Assembly (NCBI GenBank): GCA_018396615.1
Contig: JAGTQT010000005.1
Location: 1-53,900 of the forward strand
DNA: 53,900 nucleotides
Origin: Candidatus Bathyarchaeota archaeon
Lineage (GTDB): Archaea > Thermoproteota > Bathyarchaeia > Bathyarchaeales > Bathycorpusculaceae
Direction: 5' to 3'
Shown piece by piece: positions 34,302-42,490 of the stretch. A program made the translations under genes and the position numbers. The stretch's first letter is position 1. Every line of letters starts with the position of its first letter. The notes beneath the pieces are model-generated. The model made no database searches. It saw only the letters and a list, made by a program, of their open reading frames with translations, and was not told the origin of the DNA.

Positions 34302-35678
34302 TTAGTGCTTTCCAGTAATCAAGCCATAGGTTCTCAGAACTTTGAGCGCTTTCACGCCCTTTTCAGGAAGATTGTAAACCGGAATATTTGTGTTGACTAA
34401 GACACGCTGCACCAACATAAAGTCCTCTCCTCCAGCAGGAACGTCGACAACCGGCTTGTGCGGATGTCTTGCAGCTATTTTTGGGATAACCTTGGCGTCT
34501 TTCGGCTTGAAGAAGGTTGACTTAAGCATGTTCACAACTACCACGCCGTCTACGTTTCTGTCCGCGAGTACCAGATCTAGAACGTCAGAATACCTTTCGG
34601 CTCGTGCATCGGCGATTAAGTCAATGGGGTTTACAGCATCCACGCCGGGATACTTTTTTTCGATCGTTATCTTAGTTTCTTTGGAAAGCGTTGCAAGTTT
34701 TAAGCCGTTTTTAACAACTGCGTCCGCTGTGAGTATGGCAGGTCCGCCTACATTGCTGACTATTGCCACGTTGTCGCCTTGCATTGGAGGCTGTTTGGAG
34801 AGCGCTATGGCGGCGTTCATCAAGTCCTCAATATTTTCTACTCTGATCATTCCGGCTTTTTTGAATGCGGCGTCAAAAATGTGGTCTGAGCCAGCTATGG
34901 ACGCGGTATGTGATCTCGCTCTATGCGCAGAGGCTTCAGTTATCCCTCCTTTTAGGACAAGGATTGGCTTGTGTTTGACGATTTTCGTTGCTTTGGTTAC
35001 GAGTTTTCTGCCGTCTTTTGTTCCTTCCATGTAAAGGCAGATAACCTTGGTGTTTTTGTCCTTTTCAAGGTACTCTAGCAAGTCGAAGTCGTCTATGTCT
35101 ATTTTGTCGCCCATAAAAACGAGCTTACTTATTCCTACGTCGAAAAAGCATGCCCAATCGAGAAGGTATGCGCCGACTCCGCCGCTTTGAGAGATTACGG
35201 CGATGCTGCCTTTCTTCGGCATGGTGCCCTTTTCAAACGTTGTGTTCAGTCCGTTTGAAGTGTTTATTACTCCCATTATCGTGTTTGGTCCTAGGATTCT
35301 GGCACCGTGTTTCTCTTTGAGCTGCAGTAGCATTTGGCGTTGAGCATCTTTGAAGCCTCCAGTAATTATGACAAATGTTTTGACGCCATGCTCTGCAAGC
35401 TTACATGCGTAATCTACGCTCTGCTTCGGAGGGAGCATAAGAACCCCAAGGTCTGGAGCTTGAAGCAGCTTTTCTAATACGTCCTTGTCGGCGTCAACAT
35501 CCAGAATACACGTCTTTCTCCTGAAAAACTTCCGCATGTTGTAGGCCACGTTTCTAAAAAGTTCAGGAGACGCCATGCCGACTTTCTCTCTAGTTTTGGT
35601 TGAGCCTATTAGAATGACGCTTTTCGGCTCGAAGAGAGTTTTCACCTGATTCATCGACTCAGCCTTCAAGTTGAACAT
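34302..35678 (-). CDS. acdA: ADP-forming acetyl/acyl-CoA synthetase, alpha subunit (CoA-binding plus succinyl-CoA-synthetase-like domains)
   Basis: Motifs are PKSVILIGST, GPNTIMGVINT and the VISQSGGVGAYLLD...ASIAGSD region with a phospho-His loop (SHTASIAG). The product is 458 aa. Confidence 0.75.
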   Translation of the reverse strand: MFNLKAESMNQVKTLFEPKSVILIGSTKTREKVGMASPELFRNVAYNMRKFFRRKTCILDVDADKDVLEKLLQAPDLGVLMLPPKQSVDYACKLAEHGVKTFVIITGGFKDAQRQMLLQLKEKHGARILGPNTIMGVINTSNGLNTTFEKGTMPKKGSIAVISQSGGVGAYLLDWACFFDVGISKLVFMGDKIDIDDFDLLEYLEKDKNTKVICLYMEGTKDGRKLVTKATKIVKHKPILVLKGGITEASAHRARSHTASIAGSDHIFDAAFKKAGMIRVENIEDLMNAAIALSKQPPMQGDNVAIVSNVGGPAILTADAVVKNGLKLATLSKETKITIEKKYPGVDAVNPIDLIADARAERYSDVLDLVLADRNVDGVVVVNMLKSTFFKPKDAKVIPKIAARHPHKPVVDVPAGGEDFMLVQRVLVNTNIPVYNLPEKGVKALKVLRTYGLITGKH

Positions 35679-35736
35679 GGATGAAAGAGAGGGAGAATAC
35701 GTTCTTCATACACATAAATCTAACCTACAGGAGGAT

Positions 35737-36519
35737 TCATTTTCGTTCAATGATCTTCATGTACGCAAAGGCGGCGCTTAAAGTGAAAATTACAGAGAAA
35801 ACTACGACGTTGAAAACCATGGTTGGCGAGAAGGAGGGATAGCCCAAAAGAAATGACCGAATCATGTCGGACGCGTTGCTCAGCGGGTTTATTTCCGCCA
35901 GAGTTATCAGAACCGTTGGAAAGCCGCTGCTTGCTAGGCTCTGAATCAGGTAAAGCGGATAGAAGACGCTGCTGCAGAAGAACAGAGTGTAATAGACGAG
36001 CCCTCGTGCGGTGATGAATTTCTCGAGACTCGAAGTGGAAACAGCTATTGCAATGCTTAATCCAGAAATGCCTGTTGCAAGAAGGAAAAGAACAGCCAAA
36101 ATGAGGAGAAACTGCTCGATTGTCGGGACGTTCGGCAGCAAAATGAGACAGGTCGCAAGCAGTGGAGACATGTAAAGCATGCCGCGAAGCCCGCCGGAAA
36201 GCACGCGGCCCATTGCAAGCTCAAATCTCGTCATAGGCAAACTCAGCATGTAGTGATGAACCTCTCGCCGGCGCTCCATGTTAATTTCTCTTCCAATCAT
36301 AAACGCCGACGCAAACAATCCAGTCACGGTGAGCCCGGGCGCGAAGAACTGGAAGTATCCTCCGATCGTGTTGGTGACGTCTGGGTTCAACATGCGGTTG
36401 TATACTATTGCCATGATAAAAAGGTCGGCAAGATTCATGCTTATCAAGCCTACGAGCCACCATTTGTAGCGGAAGAAGTTTCGGAAATCGTGTTCTAGTA
36501 TGTGGATAATAGCTTTCAA
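35737..36519 (-). CDS. ABC-2 type transporter permease
   Basis: A six-TM ABC-2 pattern. It is paralogous to the adjacent permease, and the two are contiguous with 0 nt between them. Confidence 0.7.
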   Translation of the reverse strand: MKAIIHILEHDFRNFFRYKWWLVGLISMNLADLFIMAIVYNRMLNPDVTNTIGGYFQFFAPGLTVTGLFASAFMIGREINMERRREVHHYMLSLPMTRFELAMGRVLSGGLRGMLYMSPLLATCLILLPNVPTIEQFLLILAVLFLLATGISGLSIAIAVSTSSLEKFITARGLVYYTLFFCSSVFYPLYLIQSLASSGFPTVLITLAEINPLSNASDMIRSFLLGYPSFSPTMVFNVVVFSVIFTLSAAFAYMKIIERK

Positions 36520-37293
36520 CTATTGCCAGCCTCCACCTTCTATCCGCCGGTCATAGATCATAGTGCCCAAGAACATGAACACTCCAAAAAACAGCATTAC
36601 ACCCAACAGCGGCAGCAAAGGGTTGTTAAGCGTTATTATTGCTTCTATGCCTGTGCCCCATCGGAAAAGGTCAGAAGCAAAGGTTACAGGGTTGAAGTTA
36701 GCTATCCATCCATAAAGGGGGTTGGCTTGAGTCACGTATGCCAGCGGGTACATTGCTGTGCTCAGTCTGACGATCAAAGCGTCCAGCACGCCCATTAGGA
36801 TGTCGAAGCGGTCGCTGGACTTTATCATCACGGCGACAGTAATGCTGAATCCGGAGACTCCGAAGGCGAATAGGAACAGCGAGAACAACGCTAATAGAAA
36901 GTTAAGTGGGTTAACCGCGCCAATTACGTAGAGAGATACAGCAATTAGCGGACCGACATAGATGAAGGCTCTCAAGCCTCCTCCAATTGATCTGCCTAAA
37001 ACCAGTTGCCTTCTTGAGACTGGAAGGCTTAGCAGATACTCAAAGACCCCGTGTTCTGCCTCTTCGTAGATGTCGAAGCCTATGAAGATGGCGGCGGAGT
37101 AAAGCGACATAACAGACAGCCCTGACACGTAGTAGGGAAAGTAGTCTGGAACCGCAACTAGTCTTGAGGCAATGATTCCGAAGAGGGCGATTTGGGATAC
37201 AAACCATATGGCGCGCATTATGATTAGAAACTTGTATTGGAAGAAGAGGCGCACGTCTCTTTCGACGACAAATAAAAGCTTATTTGCTTCCAA
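36520..37293 (-). CDS. ABC-2 type transporter permease
   Basis: A six-TM ABC-2 pattern. It follows the ATPase gene with a 2-nt gap. Confidence 0.7.
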   Translation of the reverse strand: MEANKLLFVVERDVRLFFQYKFLIIMRAIWFVSQIALFGIIASRLVAVPDYFPYYVSGLSVMSLYSAAIFIGFDIYEEAEHGVFEYLLSLPVSRRQLVLGRSIGGGLRAFIYVGPLIAVSLYVIGAVNPLNFLLALFSLFLFAFGVSGFSITVAVMIKSSDRFDILMGVLDALIVRLSTAMYPLAYVTQANPLYGWIANFNPVTFASDLFRWGTGIEAIITLNNPLLPLLGVMLFFGVFMFLGTMIYDRRIEGGGWQ

Positions 37294-37295
37294 GC

Positions 37296-38264
37296 CTATT
37301 CACCGCTTTTCTGCGCTTCCTCAATTGTTAAGCCGGTGTAATGTACGAAGACGTCGTCAAGGCTTGGCTCGGTCATGCGCAATGAAACAATCGGCGAATC
37401 CTTTTTGGTAAGCATGTTCACTATCTTCGGGATTACTTCCTCAACCTTGTTAAGATAAATACGTAGATTAAACGGCTTCAGCTGGAGAACGTCAACTACG
37501 TCTTTAAACTTTTTAAGTTCCTGAAAAATGTCTGGTGAAGCAGCCTCTTCAAGCTGGATGTCGATTATGTCTCCTCCTAGGATGCTGTCCTTCAGTTTCT
37601 TCGGCGTGTCGCAGACCAGCATCTTCCCCCTGTGGATGATGCCTACGCGGTCTGAAAGCACGTCAGCTTCATAAAGTTCGTTGGTTGCAAGAATGATTGT
37701 GCTGCCTTCGTCGCGCAGCTCGGTCAGCATATTCCAGATTCTGTGTTTGCCAACAATGTCGATTTGAGCGGTGGGCTCGTCGACTATGGCTATCTTCGGT
37801 CTCTGAATAAGGACTTTAGCCATCTCAACGCGTTTGCGCATACCGCCTGAAAGCGCGTGAACATTTCGATGCCTAGCCTCCCACATTTCGAGCGATTCAA
37901 GCACTTCCTTTACTCTTCGCTTCCGCTCCTCAGTGGAAAGGCCGCAAACCTTCGCATGCCAGTTAACAATGTCCCAAGGCGTGCTTACCCACAGCATTTT
38001 CGGTTCCTGAAAAGCAATGCCCAGCAGCCCGCGCACCTTTTCCGGGTTCTTGCGTATGTCATATTCGCCAACTGTTGCTGTGCCGTCAGTCGGCCGAATA
38101 ACCGTTGCCAGCATCAGGATCGTCGTAGTTTTTCCAGCTCCATTTGGACCTAGAAGGCCTAGAATCTCTCCTTCCTCAACTTCAAGGTTTAGATGGTCAA
38201 CAGCGGTTACGTTTCCAAACTTTTTTGTTAGGTCTGTTATGCGAATTATCGGAGCCATCGGCAT
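37296..38264 (-). CDS. ABC transporter ATP-binding protein (ABC-2/DrrA-like, with a C-terminal accessory domain)
   Basis: Walker A is GPNGAGKTT, the signature is LSGGMRKRV and Walker B is IAIVDEP. I moved the start to ATG 38264 (MPMAPIIRITDLTKKFG). The longer track ORF adds 40 non-homologous residues. Confidence 0.85.
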   Translation of the reverse strand: MPMAPIIRITDLTKKFGNVTAVDHLNLEVEEGEILGLLGPNGAGKTTTILMLATVIRPTDGTATVGEYDIRKNPEKVRGLLGIAFQEPKMLWVSTPWDIVNWHAKVCGLSTEERKRRVKEVLESLEMWEARHRNVHALSGGMRKRVEMAKVLIQRPKIAIVDEPTAQIDIVGKHRIWNMLTELRDEGSTIILATNELYEADVLSDRVGIIHRGKMLVCDTPKKLKDSILGGDIIDIQLEEAASPDIFQELKKFKDVVDVLQLKPFNLRIYLNKVEEVIPKIVNMLTKKDSPIVSLRMTEPSLDDVFVHYTGLTIEEAQKSGE

Positions 38265-38406
38265 CCCAGACAGACCCGATACATGTGTTTTCCAGCTAGA
38301 TAAGGCTAACGAAAACAGCCACCTATCTAAAAGATGGCTCGTTTGCTCTAAGCCGTAGTTAAGGCTTAAATCATCAGTCCCCATTGCCTCAGCAAAGAGG
38401 GAACTA

Positions 38407-39648
38407 ATGGGGTTATTTCAAAGTCTCAAAGAACAATTCTCGTTCATAACAGGCAACTATCGAATTCTCGTGATAAGCTGGATGATAATGGACTTGGCAA
38501 GCGAGATGCCTAACCCCAACTTCCAATACTACGTTGAAGAAGTTCTCAATGGAAAAGGAATAGCTCTAGGAATAATTGGTATGGCAGGCTTCCTAGGCAT
38601 GGCAGCAGTAGCTTTTCCAGGAGGATACCTTGCAGACAAGTATGGAAGGCGGTGGCTGATAACAACCATGACTTTTGGAATGGCTTCCTCTTATTTGCTG
38701 TTTGCCTTTGCCCCGACATGGCATTTTGTTCTCATCGGAACCATTGTAAACGCCCTTTGCCTGATCTATCAGCCTGCACTTTTCGCTATGGTTCAAGATT
38801 CGCTTCCGCCAGAGCGGAGAGGAATGGGTTCCTCGATAATACAGCTTATTCACAGCACTTTTAATACTCCTGGCCCGCTGATTGCGGGATACCTGCTTCT
38901 GCATTTTGGGCTTGAGTGGAGCATGCGGATTATCTATATGCTGGTGACTGCTTTGTTTCTTACGGCTGCGGTTTGGCGGCTTAGACTTAAGGAGACCGTG
39001 GTTAGCACTGAGCCGATCCGTTTTAGATATTTTATTTCAGCTTATCCGAAGGCGATTAAGGAAAGCTTCGGTGTCTGGAAAGTTGTTCCCCGTTCTATGC
39101 TTTGGCTGCTTTTTTCTCAGATTCTTATTATGTTTGGAATGGCGTTGATGAATGTGATCAATGCGCTTTATGCTAGGGACGTGCTTCAGATACCGAAGGA
39201 GCAGTGGTGGCTTGTCTTTGTTCCACTTCTAGTAACTAACATAATTGCATCTATTCCTATCGGGAAGGCGGTTGACAAGTTCGGAAGAAAGACGCCGCTG
39301 ATACTGGGGTTGCTGTGTTTCAGCACGGGCACTTTGATCTTTCTTCAAGGAAACCTCTTCATGGTCATGATTGCGATGATTCTTTTCGGAATCGGCGGAT
39401 TGCTGTTTATGACTGCGATGATGGCGCTTTCCACAGACCTCGTAGCAGCAGAGAGCAGAGGCAAAGTGAACGGCTTCACCAATTTTACTGGATACATTGT
39501 AATGGGCGTGGGCATGTTTCTTGGAAACTATTTCTATGTGAATTTCTTTCCGCAACTGCCCTTCCTGATAACTCTAGCCTTAGCTGTTCCCACACTGCTG
39601 ATTTTGCTGTTTTTTGTCCACGAATCACCCAGCAAGGAAGCAGTTTGA
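38407..39648 (+). CDS. major facilitator superfamily transporter
   Basis: About 12 TM helices, with the MFS loop 2-3 motif GGYLADKYGRR. Confidence 0.8.
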   Translation: MGLFQSLKEQFSFITGNYRILVISWMIMDLASEMPNPNFQYYVEEVLNGKGIALGIIGMAGFLGMAAVAFPGGYLADKYGRRWLITTMTFGMASSYLLFAFAPTWHFVLIGTIVNALCLIYQPALFAMVQDSLPPERRGMGSSIIQLIHSTFNTPGPLIAGYLLLHFGLEWSMRIIYMLVTALFLTAAVWRLRLKETVVSTEPIRFRYFISAYPKAIKESFGVWKVVPRSMLWLLFSQILIMFGMALMNVINALYARDVLQIPKEQWWLVFVPLLVTNIIASIPIGKAVDKFGRKTPLILGLLCFSTGTLIFLQGNLFMVMIAMILFGIGGLLFMTAMMALSTDLVAAESRGKVNGFTNFTGYIVMGVGMFLGNYFYVNFFPQLPFLITLALAVPTLLILLFFVHESPSKEAV

Positions 39649-39694
39649 GAGCCCGTTTCCTTTACACTAATGCTTAAATCTCAAACACAGAAAG

Positions 39695-40987
39695 ATGGAA
39701 GCAATGAGTAGTAAACAGTTTCACGTTACAGGATGTGCGGCAGCTCTGTGTATCTGCGCACTTTTAGTCTTTTTTCAAGTGAAAGCCGCTGAGACCGAGG
39801 GTTACGGAGCGGAAAATCTTGACACGGGGTTGAGCTACAATTCTATTCAACAGGCGATAGATGCTGCTGAGACCCTCGATGGCCACACGATCCTAGTAAG
39901 GGAAGGAAGATACGTTGAGAACATAGTGGTTCACAAGTCTGTGTCGCTTAGAGGTGAAAACCGTAGGACCGTGATCATCGATGGTAGCCTTGGCAACGCA
40001 GTTAACGTCACAGCAGACAACGTAAGCATTTCACATTTCACGATAAGCGGAGGCATAATGTTTGGCGTTTACATAAATGAGAACGTTTCCTTCTGCAACG
40101 TGAGCTACAACGATATAACACATAACTCCTTTGGCATTATGCTTAACCAGTCCTTTTACAGCGTGCTTTCCTTCAACAACATTATAGGCAACTACTGTGC
40201 GGGAATCTGGCTTTATCAGTCCATCGGCAACCATGTGTACGCAAACACTATTGAAAGTGCAGGGCAAAGCGACGCCATCGGGATTGTCCAATTCTCCGAA
40301 GACAACACCATAGAAGCAAATAATATTACAAACAACATGCGTGACTTGAATATCCACACATCTACGGACAACTACATCTATCATAAAAACTTTGTTAACA
40401 ACACGCAGCACGTATTGACTATTGGATCGCAGAGCAAATGGGATAATGGCTATCCTTCTGGCGGAAACTACTGAAGTAGCTACCTCTACGCAGACACAGA
40501 CAACGATGGAATAGGAAATTATCCCTACATCATCGGCGAGGAAGTGGTAGGAGCCATGATCAGAACACACATGGACCACTACCCGCTAATGAATCCCTAC
40601 CACATCCAAGAGAAGACAGCAGACACCGTGCCGCCTCTGGTTAAGATAATCTCGCCTCAAAACACAACCTACTACAGTAGCAGTGTTTCTTTAACATACT
40701 TTGTAAACGAAACAGTGGTCTCGATGGCCTATAGCTTGGACAATGAATCTAGCAAGATAATCACTGGTAACACAACCCTTTCAGGGTTAGCTAACGGAAC
40801 ACACATCATAATTGTCTACGTTAAGGATCACGCGGGCAACTTCGGAGTTTCCGAGAAAGTGCAGTTCACACTTGAGTATCAAGAATCGCATACTTTCTCT
40901 GCAGAGATTATTGCCGCAGTAGCCGGAGTAGCAGTTTCTGCTTCTGCTCTATGCATTTATGTTCTAAAGAAGAAAAAAGGCAAGTAA
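39695..40987 (+). pseudogene. secreted right-handed beta-helix (NosD/CASH-like) surface protein with an Ig-like domain and C-terminal TM anchor, interrupted by an in-frame TGA at 40472-40474
   Basis: Track ORFs 39695..40474 and 40544..40987 share a frame, and the interval between them is open. The sequence reads ...WDNGYPSGGNY*SSYLYADTDNDGIGNYPYII...DHYPL, and the stop sits exactly where GGNYW is expected (TGG to TGA). Other features are an N-terminal signal peptide, repeated beta-helix turns, and the C-terminal anchor AVAGVAVSASALCIYVLKKKKGK. Confidence 0.6.
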
Positions 40988-41009
40988 GGCAAAGAGAGCT
41001 TGCTGTCTG

Positions 41010-42299
41010 CTAGGGCTCGTTTCTATGAAGCTTTTGAGCTGCAATAAAAGCCAAGCCATTCTCAGTAAGAAGACGCGCTGTCTTATTCAAGGCGTCGTGT
41101 TTGTCAAGATAGTTCGCTAGCAACAGCGGCATAAGTCCCTTCTCCATAATGTCTTTTTTCGGCATAAAGTATTCCAGAATATCTGAGGGATGTGCTCGGG
41201 TCTGCTCGACTTCTGGGAGCCCTCCTTCGTGTTTGGCGCTGATGTTCTTTACGTGGTCCGCAAGCTTAACTAGTTCGTTTTGCCGGTTGTAGGGCTGCCT
41301 GACTATGCTCTTATAGGCTTCAGTAATGTGATGCTCGATGCGTACAAGGTCTTCGAAGCCAAAGGTTTTCCTTGCGTAGGCTGAAAGCTCAATTGTTCTG
41401 TTGTCCACGGAGTTTGACAGGTTGAAACCGATCAGCGGCGTGGTTCCGTCTTCGCGGCTGAAGAGTTTGGCTGTCATCAGTGTCCAAAGCACCGAATAGG
41501 GGTTGTCATTGCCAAGATAAACTGAAATCTTAAATTCGATGTCGATGCCGAGTTTATGCATCAAGTAGCCAAGAAGCACGGTGCCCGAGTTTACGTTCAA
41601 AACCTGTTTTACACCATATTCTGTATGGTAATGCAAGTATTCTTTAACCCATTCCAACGAGTAATGGTTTGGCTCTCCAACTCCCCCGAAATAGCCTGTT
41701 ATTGTTTCCGCTCCGCCTAGATGGACATTTACGGGTTTTCCATCAGGCCCAGGCAGCGTTCCTTTGGTATCAAGTGTCTGCACGTAGGAAGCTCCTGTGA
41801 TCTGCGCGGCTGCGGCGAAGGCGAGAATGTCGTCGTCTTCAACCTGCTCTTTCATGGAGCGAACACGAATGTATCTCCCGGGCATAAGTTCCTGTTTGGC
41901 TATGGCGCGTTTGGCTTCTTCGATGAGCCAAGGGAAAAAGTTCATTGCGCTGATTTCAAGTGTAACGGCGAAATCTGGTTTAGGCTTGATGGTTTCAGCT
42001 TTTTTTCCCAAGATTTTTCGTCGATACTCAGGTATGCTGATGAAAGCATTCTGGTCACGTTGCTTAGTTAGCCACTCAAGATCTTTGGCAAAGGGCGATT
42101 TTTTTCGCTCCAGCCTGTTCATGAGGTTTTCAAGTCTGCCTGCTTCTCTGGCTTTTCGGTTAATTTCAGCTACTCCGCCGTAGCTGTCGATAATTTCAAG
42201 CAAGCTGCCAACTAGCGGGTTGTCGCTGCTTAGAAGGAACTTATTGATTTCTTTCAGATTTTTTTCGTTGATTTCTAGTTTTCTCTGAAGGTTTTCCAT
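41010..42299 (-). CDS. hypothetical protein, 429 aa, enzyme-like, family not recognised
   Basis: A long clean ORF with non-repetitive, globular composition. It is divergent from the aldolase::Fae gene. I could identify no motif. Confidence 0.5.
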   Translation of the reverse strand: MENLQRKLEINEKNLKEINKFLLSSDNPLVGSLLEIIDSYGGVAEINRKAREAGRLENLMNRLERKKSPFAKDLEWLTKQRDQNAFISIPEYRRKILGKKAETIKPKPDFAVTLEISAMNFFPWLIEEAKRAIAKQELMPGRYIRVRSMKEQVEDDDILAFAAAAQITGASYVQTLDTKGTLPGPDGKPVNVHLGGAETITGYFGGVGEPNHYSLEWVKEYLHYHTEYGVKQVLNVNSGTVLLGYLMHKLGIDIEFKISVYLGNDNPYSVLWTLMTAKLFSREDGTTPLIGFNLSNSVDNRTIELSAYARKTFGFEDLVRIEHHITEAYKSIVRQPYNRQNELVKLADHVKNISAKHEGGLPEVEQTRAHPSDILEYFMPKKDIMEKGLMPLLLANYLDKHDALNKTARLLTENGLAFIAAQKLHRNEP

Positions 42300-42490
42300 G
42301 GCATAAGCCTCGGGTTTGATAGTCTCTGTTCATTTCTAGCTGATTTAAGCATTTTTCCCTGCCCAGCAGTTTTTTTAGGAAGCAGCCGAGAGCTTGATGC
42401 GCATTGCTATGTGGCTGGTTTAGACGCAAAGGTTATAAAAGAAGCATTGTTGTAGGAAGTCTCCGAAAAGGAAGAGGGTGATGGCTGATT

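Noticed and set aside
34390-35034. 214-aa plus-strand ORF antisense to the acyl-CoA synthetase alpha gene. Similar long antisense ORFs occur at 21372..21842, 47737..48171, 41797..42183 and 13038..13307.
   Set aside because: All lie opposite genes with strong family motifs. They have Ser/Ala/Thr/Cys-rich shadow-frame composition and no RBS or promoter context.
40472-40474. TGA read as selenocysteine, or as Trp through a reassigned genetic code.
   Set aside because: TGA functions as an ordinary stop at the well-defined ends of conserved genes in this window (for example trmI at 44758-44760 and the wHTH gene at 51273-51275). Trp is encoded by TGG throughout. The expected residue is Trp, not Cys/Sec, and I saw no SECIS-like hairpin nearby. 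A point mutation or sequencing error is more economical.
40031-40579. 182-aa minus-strand ORF that bridges the two halves of the beta-helix gene.
   Set aside because: It is antisense to a recognisable beta-helix repeat protein, and its Val/His/Cys-rich composition is typical of a shadow frame. The split is better explained by the in-frame TGA on the plus strand.
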